From Anthoceros angustus (taxonomy: Eukaryota; Plantae; Anthocerotophyta): a stretch of DNA of 64,000 nucleotides. Both the position numbers and the translations under genes were made by a program. This document shows, piece after piece, positions 38,290-50,795 of the stretch (its first letter is position 1; the number at the start of each line of letters is the position of its first letter). The notes under the pieces were generated by a model that saw only the letters and a list, made by a program, of their open reading frames with translations, ran no database searches and was not told the origin of the DNA. The stretch spans positions 136,369 to 200,368 of the forward strand of contig MU008178.1 in NCBI GenBank assembly GCA_010909165.1, written 5' to 3'.

Positions 38290-41200
38290 AGCCACCCTAT
38301 GGGCATGCTAGGAGGAAGTCCGGGCGAATAAGGCCCAAGAGATGAGTGAGAGGAGGGCAGGGACTAAGTGGCAACTGGAAGCCATGGAGTCCGACGAGAA
38401 GGCAGCCAAGTTGGAGAAGGTCAGAGAAGCTCCAGCTGGGATCTCATATGGAGGGAGGTCTTGGAGACGGTTGGCTCAAAGGAGGAGAAGGTCAGGAGCC
38501 ACCCAAAAGACTCATGGAGCGGGAAGAGCATTTTGCCCAATTAGAGCAAGGAGGAGAAGGGCAAAGCGAGGCTCTAGGAAGGAGAAGGTGGCGGTCCAGC
38601 AAATGGATGCACAGGAGCAGGTGATGGCTACCCAAGCCATCAAAATCCGGGACATAGAGGAGGAATTAAGGACCCGGGTACAATTGGAGGAGAGGAGGAG
38701 GAGGAGTACCACAAGAAAGTGGTACATAGGAGTTGGAGCGTGAGAAGGGTGCTTGGCAAGCGGAGAGGGAAGGGCTTGCCCAGCAACTAAGGGACTTGGA
38801 AGAAAAGAGGTCCCAGGAGGAGGAGTACCACAAGAAAGTGGTACATAGGATGCTGGTAGTGAGGAAGAGAAGATTTTGGGCGGACTATGCCCTTCAAGCA
38901 AAATTGACCAGCCAGCTGAGGGACGCAAGGGAGGAGAATGTGGCCCTCCATGTCAAGGTGGGAGAATTGGCCACCGCAAGGGACGCCTACAAGGGTAGGT
39001 GTGAGGATGGAGAGTGGCCCACGGAGATTGATGATCTCTAGATGCAGTATCAGAGCTTAGGGGCTCACCTCCATAATAGAATTTGAAGGGGCTAGGGACC
39101 AGCACCCTTGTGGGCATGCGAGGAAGGAAAGGCCCAAGAGATGACCGAGAGGAGGCAGGGACCAAATGGCAATTGGAGGCCATGGAGTCCGACGAGAAGG
39201 CAGCCAAGTTGGAGAAGGTCAGAGAAGCTCCACTGATCTCAGACAGAAGGTCTTGGAGGAAGGGAAGGAGGAGAGAGCCATCCGCAACCACCCAAAAGAC
39301 TCATGGAGTATAGGGAAGAGCATTTTGCCCAATTAGAGCAAGAGCAAAAGGAGGCGAGGCTCTAGGAAGGAGAAGGTGGCGGTCCAAAGAAATGGACGCA
39401 AGAGCGTGTGATGGCTACCCAAGCCATCAAAATCCGGACATGAGGAGGAGAAGAAGACCCAGAATTTGGAGGAGAAGCGCGAGCGAGACACAAGATCAGG
39501 AGTTGGAGCGAGAAGTGCTTGGCAAGTGAGAGGAAGGGCTTGCCCAAGCAACAGGACTTGGAAGAAAAGAGGTCCCAGGAGGAGTACCACAAGAAGAAGG
39601 TGGTACATAGGATGCCGGTAGTGAGGAAGAGAAGATTTTGGGGACTATGCCCTTCAAAATTGGCCAACCACCAGGAAGCAAGGAGGAGAATGTGACCTCC
39701 ATGTCAAGGTGGGGAATTGACCACCGCAAGGGACGCCTACAAGGGTAGGTGAGGATGGAGAGTGGCCCACGGAGATTGATGATCTCCAAATGCATCATAG
39801 CTTGGGGCTCACCTCCACAATAGATTTTGAAGGCCAACAACGAGGTGTTGCGTTTGGCCAAGAGGAGGCAATAGGTCCTCATGATGATGACCGGAAGGAG
39901 CAGTGCAGCCGGAGGCCTCAGTTTGATGAGGCCACCAGACATGGACTCAGGAATGCAGGAGTCGGAAGATGGAGGAGGCAGGCGCCAAGAGGCGGGGATG
40001 GCGTGGAGGAGGGGACAGCCCGCCTCAGGGGTCACACTACCACGGTGGGTGACCACCTACCACGATGTCCGGACTACAGGTGGTGAACACTCCTGGTGAT
40101 GTCTGCGGACTGGTGGGGGCCAGCGGAGGCGGAGCTGAGGGGAGCCAGTCGGAGGCTTGGTTGGACAAAGGGCCGGGGTCCGACGCACCCCAGAAGGAGG
40201 AAGGCGGTGGAGGCCGGAGGAGAGCAAGGGCGGGGTCCAACCCAGTGGGAGAGAGAGAGGGGTAAGGAGTTCCCTCACGAATAAGGGAAGAGCCGGGCTA
40301 GGAGAGGAGACTAAGCAAAAAGGCCCAAGAAGTTAGTGGACATCGGCGACAATTGGGGAGGAAGACTCTTTGAGAATGCTCCATGATAGGTATGGATAAA
40401 CCAAACAGAGGAAGGAGCAAGAGGATTCTAACCCAAGAGACATCACCGATGGGGAGGAGGAAGAAAAGAGGTCCCAGAGGAGGAGTACCACAAGAAAGTG
40501 GTACATAGGATGCCGGTAGTGAGGAAGAGAAGATTTTGACTATGCCCTTCAAGCAAAATGGCCACCAAAGAGGACAAGGAGGAGAATGTGACCTCCATGT
40601 CAAGGTGGGAGAATTGACCATGCAAGGGATGCCTACAAGGGTAGGTGTGAGGATGGAGAGTGGCCCACGGAGATTGATGATCTCTAGATGCAGTATCAGA
40701 GCTTAGGGGCTCACCTCCATAATAGAATTTTGAAGGCCAACAACGAGGTGTTGCGTTTGGCCAAGAGGAGGGCAATAGGTCCTCATGATGATGACCGGAA
40801 GAAGCTGCAACAGGTGCAGCCAGAGGCCTCAGATTTTGATGAGGCCACCAGCAACATGGACTCCGAGGAATCTGGGGAGTCGGAAGATGGAGGAGAGACA
40901 GCTGCGCCAAGAGCGGGGGATGGCGTGGAGAGCAAGGAGGGGGGACAGCCCGGCCTCATAGGGGGTCACACTACCACGGTAGGTGACCACCCTACCACGA
41001 TGTCCGGACTACAGGTGGTGAACACTCCTGGTGATGTCTGCGGACTGGTGGGGGCCAGCGGAGGCGGAGCTGAGGGGAGCCAGTCGGAGGCTTGGTTGGA
41101 CAAAGGGCCGGGGTCCGACGCACCCCAGAAGGAGGAAGGCGGTGGAGGCCGGAGGAGAGCAAGGGCGGGGTCCAACCCAGTGGGAGAGAGAGAGGGGTAA

Positions 41201-42270
41201 GGAGTTCCCTCACGAATAAGGGAAGAGCCGGGCTAGGAGAGGAGACTAAGCAAAAAGGCCCGAAGAAGTTAGTGGACATCGGCGACAATTGGGGAGGAAG
41301 ACTCTTTGAGAATGCTCCATGATAGGTATGGATAAACCAAACAGAGGAAGGAGCAAGAGGATTCTAACCCAAGAGACATCACCGATGGGGAGGAGGAAGA
41401 AAAGAGGTCCCAGAGGAGAGAAAGTGGTACATAGGATCTTTGGTGAGGAAGAAGAAGATTTTGGGCGGACTATGCCCTTCAAGCAAAAATTAATCCGGTG
41501 AGGGGCGCAGGAGGAGAATGTGGCCTCCATGTCAAGGTGGGAGAATTGGCCTTGAGGCGCCTACAAGGGTAGGTGTGAGGATGGAGAGTGGCCCACGGAG
41601 ATTGATGATCTCTAGATGCACGTGCTCGAGCTTGGGGCTCACCTCCATAATAGAATTTTGAAGGCCAACAACGTGTTGCGTTTGGCCAAGAGGAGGACAT
41701 TGGGTCCTCATGATGATGGAGGAAGGAGCAGTGCAGCCGGAGGCCTCGATTTTGATGAGGCCACCAGACATGGACTCAGGAATGCAGGAGTCGGAGATGG
41801 AGGAGGCAGTGCGCCAAGGGGATGGCGTGGAGCAAGGAGGAGGACAGCCCGCCTCAGGGGTCACACTACCACGGTGGGTGACCACCCTACCACGATGATC
41901 TGCCCGGACTACAGTGACGACACCCTCTCGGTGGTGCGGACTAAGGGGTAGCGGAGGACTGTGGGCGGGCTGAGGGGGAGTCTCGGAGGCTTGGTTGGAC
42001 AAAGGGCCGGGGTCCGACGCACCCCGGAGGAGGCCGTGGTGGAGGGCGGCTCAGGAGGAGCAAGGACGGGTCCAACCCGTGGAGGAGGAGGGTAAGGAGT
42101 TCCCTCACCCCACGAATAAGGGAAGAGCCGGGCTAGGAGAGGAGACTAGCAAAAAGGCCCAAGAAGTTAGTGAAACATGTTTGGGGAGGAAGACTCTTTG
42201 AGAATGCTCCAAGTGGTATGGATAAACCAAACAGAGGAAGGAGCAAGAGGATTCTAACCCAAGAGACATC
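38290..42270 (+). repeat. Overlapping imperfect tandem arrays: ~790-bp unit x2 (38290-39830) and ~900-bp unit x3 (~39600-42270)
   Basis: Repeated blocks include gccatggagtccgacgagaaggcagcc, ggagagtggcccacggagattgatgatctc and ggacaaagggccggggtccgacgcacccc. The ORF track shows near-identical peptides at 40065 and 41000-41200. Confidence 0.85.
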
Positions 42271-43459
42271 ATGGATGGAGGAAGAAGAAAAGGAGATCGA
42301 CTACCATGGTGGGTAGTCGACCTATGATGGGTGCCTTTGGCGGGCTGAAGAAGGGCGCGGTGCCTGAGGGCGGTTGCTTCGGATGATGGAGGAATCAGGC
42401 GCCAACCCGTTGGAAGGAAGGGGCAACATTGTACTTGCCCCACACACTAGGAAAGACGGGGATCTAGGAAGGGCGGGAGCAAAGGAGGCGAGGAGCCAAT
42501 CCACCAAGGACACGCCACTATCCCAGTAGTGAGGACTAGGTATGGTCAAAGACCATAAATGAGTTGAGTAGGAGAATAGAAAGGATAGGTGAGGTGACAT
42601 CCTTTAAGGATGATCTTAGGTGAAGTTGCTAGAATAGAATTTACCCTACGAACTAGACATGAACTTAAATGCCGTGCCTTAAATGTGGTGGGAAATAATA
42701 GAATATTGGAAAAGGTGACCTGCAGTAGGGTCACCCAAGGAAGGTTATATGTGGAAGGCCACCTATAAGAGGTGAAGGATTTCACAAAGTAAAGTATCAC
42801 GTCTTGCGCTTCCATACTCGCGAGTCCTTTGCCCTTGTAAAGGAATTTCGTGCTGGCTGTGAGCCAACGCAGCGTCTGGTAGAGAGGAAGTCGCGGTGGT
42901 CGAGTGCTTGGTGGAGGGCTTGCTCCTGCAAGTGCCTAAGCAGTTGCTCCCTTGTGAATGGTTCTTTGTGAAATTGCTTTGCTTTGGGTGTGTGGCAATG
43001 CCTGTGAACTCGGCTTGAGGGTAGACTACAGGAAGACTCCTGGAGGTTCTCATCAGTGTCAAACTCATAGCAACCGCCCAAGGAAGAACTTCTTTGGTGG
43101 AGGCCGACCCAGGCGGTTGTGCCGTGAGCGAGCCGGTGGCCAGGCGAGGTTAGAATAGGAGGAAGAGGAGGAGATGAGTAGAGGATTAGAGTGTAGGTGT
43201 AGTGGAAGGCCACGGGCAGAGCCTAAGGGACGAATCCCAACTGCAAGTAAAAGGGCGCTCACAGGTGGAGAAGAGTGGTCTTAGAAGTAGGGACGAAATT
43301 GCGGTGTGGATCGGGGTCCCCGGCGCCCGTGATAGGCTCCTCTATGTGACCTGCAATTGTGTCGTGTCGTTGTAGGTCGGGGATTGGTAGTTTTTTTCGG
43401 AGCAGTGCAAGCGGTGCAGCTGCTGTAAGAGGGAGAGTAGAGGGCGCCTTGCTTGTTTA

Positions 43460-45154
43460 GTCAAGGCTGCTTCCGTCAGAATGCTCCTGGCTGTATATGT
43501 CGAGCTTAATTTGGAAATTTATCAGCTTGACGTTTGTACGACTTTTCTTTATTGTCACATGCAAGAAGAGATCTATATGGATCAACCAGAAGACTATGAA
43601 GATGAGCAATACCCAAACAAGGTGTGTAAACTTATTCGCTCCATTTACAGACTATAGCAAAGCCCACGTTTATGGTATGAGAGAATAGATTCTTATCTCA
43701 AGAAGATAGAATTTATCCAAAGTGAAGCTGATACCAACATCTATGTACTTCGCAACAACAGTTCTCTTGTACTAGTTGCACTATATGTCGATGACTTAGT
43801 TATTCTTGGCAACAATGTTGAACTAGTTAACAAGATTAAAGTTGACCTTGGTAAAGAATTCGAGATGAAGGATCTCGGTAAAGTTAAATATATGCTTGGA
43901 ATGCATGTACATAGAGATACCACTGGAGCTATCTATCTTCATCAAGGAAGATATGTAGCTGGTATGTTAAAACGCTTCAATTTGGAGAATGCGAGTGCGG
44001 CGGCCACACCTGGCGCTATAGGTGTTAAGCTTTCATCTACTACATGTCCACAATCTGAACAGGAAAAGAAAGAGATGGAAAATATTCCTTATCGTATGGG
44101 AGTTGGTACTCTCATGTTCTTGAGTAATCAAACCAGACCAGATATCTCAAATACTGTAAATGTTGTTGCTCAATTCTCGGAGAATCCAAGAAAGGATCAC
44201 TGGGTTGCTCTCAAGTGCATCATGCGGTACCTCAAGGGTACTCCAAATTATGGCCTCTTCTTTAAGCCTAGCGGAAAGAAGCATCTGCTATTGACATGCT
44301 TTATCGATGCAGATTGGGCTTCAGACGCTGACACTCGAAAAAGTATCTCAGCATATTGCTTTCTTGCTGGCTCCACTGTTGTTAATTGGTCTTGTGTAAA
44401 ACAAGGTGCAATATCACTGTCATCAACAGAATCAGAGTACAAAGCACTTACTGAAGCCACGAAAGAGGCTGAATGGGAAAGAAAGTTATGTGAAGATTTG
44501 GATGTGAAGCAGGAAGGGCCAACAGTGCTTAATTGTGACAATATGTCAACCACTGCTCTTGTCGGTAATCCTGTCTTTCATGCGAGCACGAAGCATATTG
44601 AGATTCAACACTATTATATTCGTGACGCTACTGAGAGAGGAGTTGTTAAGGTACCGTATGTATCTACAGACAACAATATTTACAGTAGATGTACTGACAA
44701 AATCCTTGCCGAAGTTCAAACATTGCTTCCACAGAGAAGGGTTTGGATTGGTTGATTGTAGTAGCTTTATGCAGCTGGACCAATCACACACTTGGTGAGG
44801 CGCATCTTATCTCAGAACGTTCAGTTACTTGAAGTTGACAGCTATTGTAGACCGCTTGCTTCAATCTTACTTGTGACTAGTGACGATCAGTGAGTTGAGT
44901 TTAGTTGAAGACCGTAGTACTTATACAATACTCCAACGGCAAGTGATTATTAGTTCTTTGATTTAGATAACCCAATTAGTCTGAGAGGGAGAGTTAGAAG
45001 TATAGACCACGTGGGTTATGGTTAGATTAGCTTAACCCAGCATGGTCGTACCCTTTGGTATCTTGTACCGAAGAGGTACAACTCTTCAGACACAGCTATA
45101 AAAGCCCACTACTTGTAATCTATTGTATATTAGTAAAGCACTAAACTTTGATCA
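43460..45154 (+). mobile_element. Ty1/Copia 3' half: reverse transcriptase, RNase H, PPT and a short LTR remnant
   Basis: YQLDV, IYMDQP, LYVDDL, MKDLGKVKYMLG, TRPDIS, DADWA, SSTESEY, CDN and KHIEIQHYYIR. PPT tgagagggag at 44982-44991, then an LTR-like segment with TATAAAA ending in CA at ~45154. Confidence 0.9.
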
Positions 45155-47229
45155 AACGCTTCCGCAAAGCACCTCAAACTCCTAGGCTAGATGAAGAGCA
45201 GAAAGTAGAAAACTTCATAGATGGTCTTAAATTCGAAATGCGTGCTGATGTCAACCAAACCAACCCTAGCAGCCTAGTAGAAGCCATGAGAGCGGTTGTT
45301 AATTATGGGACAAATAAGTATAAGCATCTTGCTAATGCTGGTTCCTCAAAACCCAAGTGGGGCACGTCTGCGAATGCCACAGAGAAAAAACCAGCCTTCA
45401 AGATGCTTATTGAGGAGGAGGAGGAGGAGTATAAGAAGGCTAGGAGGTGCTTTATCGGTGCAGCATAGGATCATGGTTCTAAGACCTGCCCATTCAGGAA
45501 GGACTTCATAAGCTAGCTGAAGGAAACAGGCAAGTCCACCAGGAGCGGCAACCCCAGAACACTTGCCAAGAGCAAACATGCCATCCCCACATCAGAGGTT
45601 CCTATACATAGAAAAGTTAAAAAGAGTGATGCCCCTAGAAGGCACCCCAGAAATGATGCCCCTAGAAGGCACCCCAGAAGTGATGCCCCTAGAAGGCACC
45701 CCAGGCAGCTGAAGCAAAAGCTCATGACGAGCAGCTGCCACAGTCCATGAGGGATCTGCTCCAAGAGTACAACGATGTGTTGCTGAGCCCACAGAGCTCC
45801 CTCCCGGAAGACATGTGGACCACTCCATTGAGCTGCTACCAGGCCACAAACCAGTTAGTATCCAACCCTACAGGACATCTGCTTTTGAGGATGGGGAGAT
45901 AAAAAAACACGTTGATGAGTTTCAACAGAAGGGGTTTGTACAATCTTTTGTATCTCCCTTTTGGAGTACCTGTCCTCCTAGTGGCCAAGTCGGATGGAGA
46001 GGTGGCGGCTATGGATAGACTACCGAGGTCTCAATAGAGCCACAGTCCGGAACGTCGACCTATCGGATGCCCAAGATTGATGAAAGCCTGGACCAACTCC
46101 ACGGAACTAAGATGTTCACCAAGATCGACCTTAGATCTAGCTTTCACAAGATCTGTATCAAGGGGGGTGACGAGCACAAGACCGCGTTCCAGACAAGGCA
46201 TGGTCATGTTGAATTTTGGGTGATGCCTTTCGGCCTCACAAATCCCCCAGTAACTTTTCAGTGCTTAATGCAAGAAATACTGAGACCCTTACTTGGTCAT
46301 GGCGTGGAAGTGTTCTTGGATGACATCCTTGTGTATACCTCAGATTCGGCCAGACACCATCAACTTCTTAGAAAGGTACTTGACCTCCTCAAAGCTAATA
46401 AGTTGCTAGATAAGCGTAGCAAATGCATTTTTATGAGGTCAGAGTGTGAATATCTTGGCCATGTGATAAGTGCTGACGGTATCAGCGTCAACTCCCGCAA
46501 GATTAAGGCAATTGTAGAGTGGCCCTTGCCCTAGGATATCACACAAACTCCATGGCTTCCTAAGTATGGCGAGTTTTTATAGGCACTTCATATAAGGGTC
46601 CAGCAAAATGATTGTTCACCTTACAAATGCGCTTAGGCAGTCACTCAAGCAACCCCTACAGCAGCTGGGCCAAGATACTGTGGCAGCCTTCCACACGCTC
46701 AAACAGGCCCTTAATAGTGCCCCTGTTCTTGCTGTAGTAGACCCCCATGCACCCTACACATTGCATATAGATGCATCAGATTATGCAATGGGAGCAGTCT
46801 TGTCCCAACAAGGTAAGGCTATCGCTTATAAGTCACACAAGTTACAAGGTGCATGGCTAAATTATGTTGTGCATGACAAGGAGATACTCGCCATTACATA
46901 TGCATTGAAGGTCTAGAGACATTATCTTCTCGGTCAAAAGGTAATCTGTCACATGGACCATTATTTATTACAGCATTTCTTCTCAGCCTAACTTGAATGC
47001 TTGCCAACGTAGATGGGCTGAATATCTAGCGACCATTGGATCTAGAAATCAAGTATGTTGTTAGTTCCTCCAATGTAGTGGTTGATGCATCAAGGCGGCT
47101 AGCCTGCACTGTCATGACCACACAAACGAATATTATCCTCAGTACATGAGGGCATATACCACATGATGCACTCTTACATCATCTATACAATTAGCTACTG
47201 GCATATGCTGCAGCCGGTATTCCTACAGC
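45155..47229 (+). mobile_element. Ty3/Gypsy element, left part: gag remnant, RT and RNase H (degenerate; protease not found)
   Basis: FIDGLKFEMRADV, DHSIELLPG, KIDLRSSFHK, KTAFQTRHGH.EFWVMPFGLTN, VFLDDILVY, DASDYAMGAVLSQ and DKEILA. Confidence 0.92.
45625..45705 (+). repeat. 27-bp tandem repeat x3 (AGTGATGCCCCTAGAAGGCACCCCAGA)
   Basis: Three consecutive copies start at 45625, 45652 and 45679. Confidence 0.92.
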
Positions 47230-48550
47230 CGCTACAAGGAGGGGCTACCTTTTACAAATGGGTCTAAGTTTAGTTAGAGGAAACTACAACACTCTTACTA
47301 CAGCTCAAAGCCCTGTTGTAAGTTTTTCGAACATTTACAACAAGGGTTCCTAACTAATATGATGTGGCATGGATTTTACAAGGGATTTGTTGACATGGCA
47401 TGTTGACACAATTTTACAACGGGATTTGTTGACATGGCATGTTGACACAATTTTACAACGGGGTTTGTTGACATGGCTTGCTCGTTGTACATGACGTTGT
47501 TAATTGTGCATAAACTCTTTTGATTTAGAAAACTATGGGGGTTATTTGTTAATAAAACTACATTTTGTTGAATTTATAATGACGTGGCTGTAAAGGATGT
47601 TGTAAAACGTACTTGTAAAAGACGTTGTAAACCATGTTTGTTGTAGATGTGGTTGTAAATTGTGCAAGACTTGATTTTTTGGAATAATACCATTTATTGG
47701 AATATCTATGAATAGATTTATTATTTGCTGATGTGGCATGTTCGTTGCAAATGATGTTGTAAATATGTTTCTCTGGATTTATGTTAGTTATGGGATTATC
47801 TTTTTTTTTTTTTGTATTTACTGACGTGTCACATGCATTGTAGCTATGGTTGTAAAACGGATGAAAACCATTTTATATAAATATCTATAAATAAATTTAT
47901 TATTTGCTGACATGGCAAGCTCATTGTAAAATGGTTTCTCCAATTTATGTTATATTATTGGATTATTTATTTTTATTTTATATTTACTGATGTGGCACAT
48001 GCGTCGTAACTATGGTTGTAAAATGCACAAGCCAGCCAATATCCATGAATAAATATATTATTTGCTGATGTGGCATGTTTGTCAAATGCCATTGTAAAAT
48101 TTTGGAAGAGACCTTTTCCTTATTTATGTAATTTATGAGGTTATATATTAGTAAGATTGCGATGTGGCATGCTTGTAAAATGCCGTTGTAAATATGTGGA
48201 AGAGACCTTTTCCTGATTTATGTCATTTTATGAGGCTATATATTAGTGAAATTGCGATGTGGCATGTTCATTGCAAATACATTGTAAAATGTTATACAAA
48301 TTTATCGATTTATAAATAGTGCCAGCGCATTGTAAATGTCGGTATAAGAATTTTCCTGGCCAAGCTGTCGAAAACGAGGCGTGCATCTTGGCATACAAGT
48401 TCACCAGGGAAGCGCCCACAAGGATGTTACCCAAATGTCCTCTTTGCACAAGCTGTGAGTGCAGCTACCTGCCCTTCTGTAAGGCGCCAACGCTTGCACA
48501 TGCCTTCAAAAGGCAAGCAAAAGTAACCTCATCAGCCACAAGCAGGCCCT

Positions 48551-50795
48551 AACACGATATCTTTCGAAGGGGGTGAATATCCGAACCCCCTTCTGTGACA
48601 TGGAAACCCTCTTAGCACATTCCACACAGTCCCGAAATATGCGTTTTGCCTCGTTTTCAAGAAAGGTCGACCGTTTTCAACGAGTAGTTATCATGAAAAC
48701 CCGTTTCCAACACACAAAGACAACAAATCCAAGGCGCGGTAGGCCCGGCTTCGCTTTTTGAGGAAGAGGGAAAATGAGATCATCAATTGCCTCACTACAA
48801 CGGGTCCAAAAGTTATTACGAACACAGAAGAAGCACATCTAGGTGCCTACAACCGTAAACCTACTCTCTATGACTAACATGACTCATCGGGTGCTAGAGC
48901 GGACTCCGAATCCATCACGATGACCAAATTTCGAATCCGCTCCAGTTCCCGTTCATCAAAGCTATCGTTCTCGCCCAAAGCCCTTGAGTCTTCGTTCAGT
49001 CCTCCCCAGTTTTGGTCTTCAGCCGACGAGCATTCAAAGAAACCACCTGCGCTTTCAAAGAGTCCTTCTCGTTGATACACACCTCCTTTGCCCAGAATTG
49101 CGCAAGCCCTCTGCGGTGGGCCTCTAATGTCAATTCTTCGTCAGCATCTGGCAAAACCTCATACCCATGGATCCGTTGTGGAATATATCCTGCACACCTC
49201 AAGTCAGCCTCAATAGAGGGGCATGCTAGCGCCCTTAAATGGCCGTGCCCATGCGCCCATAAAATCAACAAAAGGTTTTTCATATCTCTACAAGATTCGA
49301 ACTCATGACCTACTCACCCACACATTGTTTCCAAACCTCCTAGGTTGTAACACATGAGAAGCACTAATTTTTTATTTTATCAATGGCAGCCCATGTACAA
49401 GGCTTGCTGGGGAAGGGCGCCGGCCGGCCGGCGCCCATGTACAAGGCTTCTTGGGGAAGGGCGCTGGCCATGTACAAGGCTTCTTGGGGGAGGGCGCCGG
49501 TCGGCCAGCGTTCTCTTTATGGATGTGTATATTGAAACTCCTCTCATGCCATGGTTGCACACATTTTCAAAAACACCTATGGACCTATTTTCATTCATTC
49601 ATTCGTACTGTACTATGTGCAGCTTCGTTCTCGAAGAATATATGGGTGCACCAAAGCGTGAAGCATAGCATTACTTTGAGATCGTGAAATAGATCGTGTA
49701 AGTAGAGGTTTTGTTCACCAAAGCGGTCATCCTCTAATGAGTTCAACTTGACGGCGAAACATTTATGCTGTGGATAAGAAGGCAATCAAGAATAACTTAA
49801 TTGAATTGCGAGGCTTTATTCAACCGGTAGTCAAAGTGCCACCGAGGATAGTGAAGATGATGGTCATGATGTCGTGCCCAACGAAGATGATGGCGTGGAG
49901 TCGCGAAGAATAGGAAACCCTCGAATGTTAGGTCATCTTCAACGGCAATTGGTGAGGTTATGCGTGAAGCTCAATTCACGTAGTTTGGAGTGCACATTTT
50001 CAAGCGCGTACATATTTCGAAAAGAGTCTAGGCCCATGATAGGAATTTGGTTGTGTTGTTCTCATGTGCCCTTGTAGACTTCCCATGCTTAATAACTTCC
50101 AATGTTCAAGCCTTTTTCCATTACATGCGGAAGGACATGTGGGAGTGTGGTGGTAGTTGCGCTCGGCATTGCGGCATACTAACGGGCAACACACGATGAG
50201 CCATGCGGGCATGTTTTCATGCGATATGTTGGCGGGAACCGTTGCCCCACACTTTTCTTCATTCATCGATTGCGATGCAGGTGAACCATGTGATTATATT
50301 TGCGGGCACAATTGAGGGTGTGCGAAGCCACCCACCACCCCACACCCAAAGTCTTTTGTACACACATCCGCTATGGGCTGCTACTCTCGCCTTTCATGAG
50401 GCATCATCGCAATGCCGGAAAAGGCGCGCCGGCGGCGCCCTACTCCTCGACATGCTTTGCTCCCGGCCATCGGTTCGCCTCTCATCCAATTTTGATCACC
50501 GTGCTTTTACGAATCTTTAGGGTTGTTGTGCAGAAAGACCCGATGGTGACAATGGCCCTTGTCATGGGTCTTAAATGCACCCCAAATAGGGTTACCTCTT
50601 GCACCATAACCCTTCGCTGGCATGAAATGGACCTCAGATCACTGGTTCACAGGAATGTCCACCCTTCTTTTCTGCCTTATATTCATTAATACCTCTAAAA
50701 CCACGAGTTCAAGACCCATGTCAAACCCCCTTCAGGAGATATTTTTCGGAAAACCCCCTTCGTGAATATTCACCCCCTTCACAAGATATCGTGTT
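48551..50795. mobile_element. 2,245-bp unclassified DNA transposon with 30-bp TIRs (AACACGATATCTTTCGAAGGGGGTGAATAT) and a 4-bp TSD (CCCT)
   Basis: TIRs at 48551-48580 and 50766-50795 match at 28/30. CCCT lies at 48547-48550 and 50796-50799. Removing the insert and one TSD restores the PPR frame QQEG|LLVADEV. Confidence 0.9.
49390..49500 (+). repeat. Short tandem repeat CCATGTACAAGGCTT(G/C)(C/T)TGGGG.AGGGCGC x3 within the TIR element
   Basis: Copies begin near 49390, 49435 and 49468. Confidence 0.8.

Larger units (their letters stand above)
35529..43450 (+). mobile_element. Large GC/purine-rich repetitive element with a decayed long ORF from 36827 (resembles accessory ORFs of plant Ty3/Gypsy elements) and internal tandem arrays
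   Basis: It abuts Copia fragments on both sides. Peptides LELIEECYINL, WRLFAKILLG and FLWKISRGAKPDWGTIMYE are followed by E/R/K coiled-coil and G/S/E low-complexity segments. No RT, integrase or matched LTRs were found. Confidence 0.5.

Noticed and set aside
33815-45154. Copia gag (33.8-35.5 kb) and Copia RT (43.5-45.2 kb) as one element split by a clean insertion
   Set aside because: The integrase core and the start of RT are missing, no TSD flanks the intervening block, and sequence upstream of the PBS does not match the LTR remnant at 44992.
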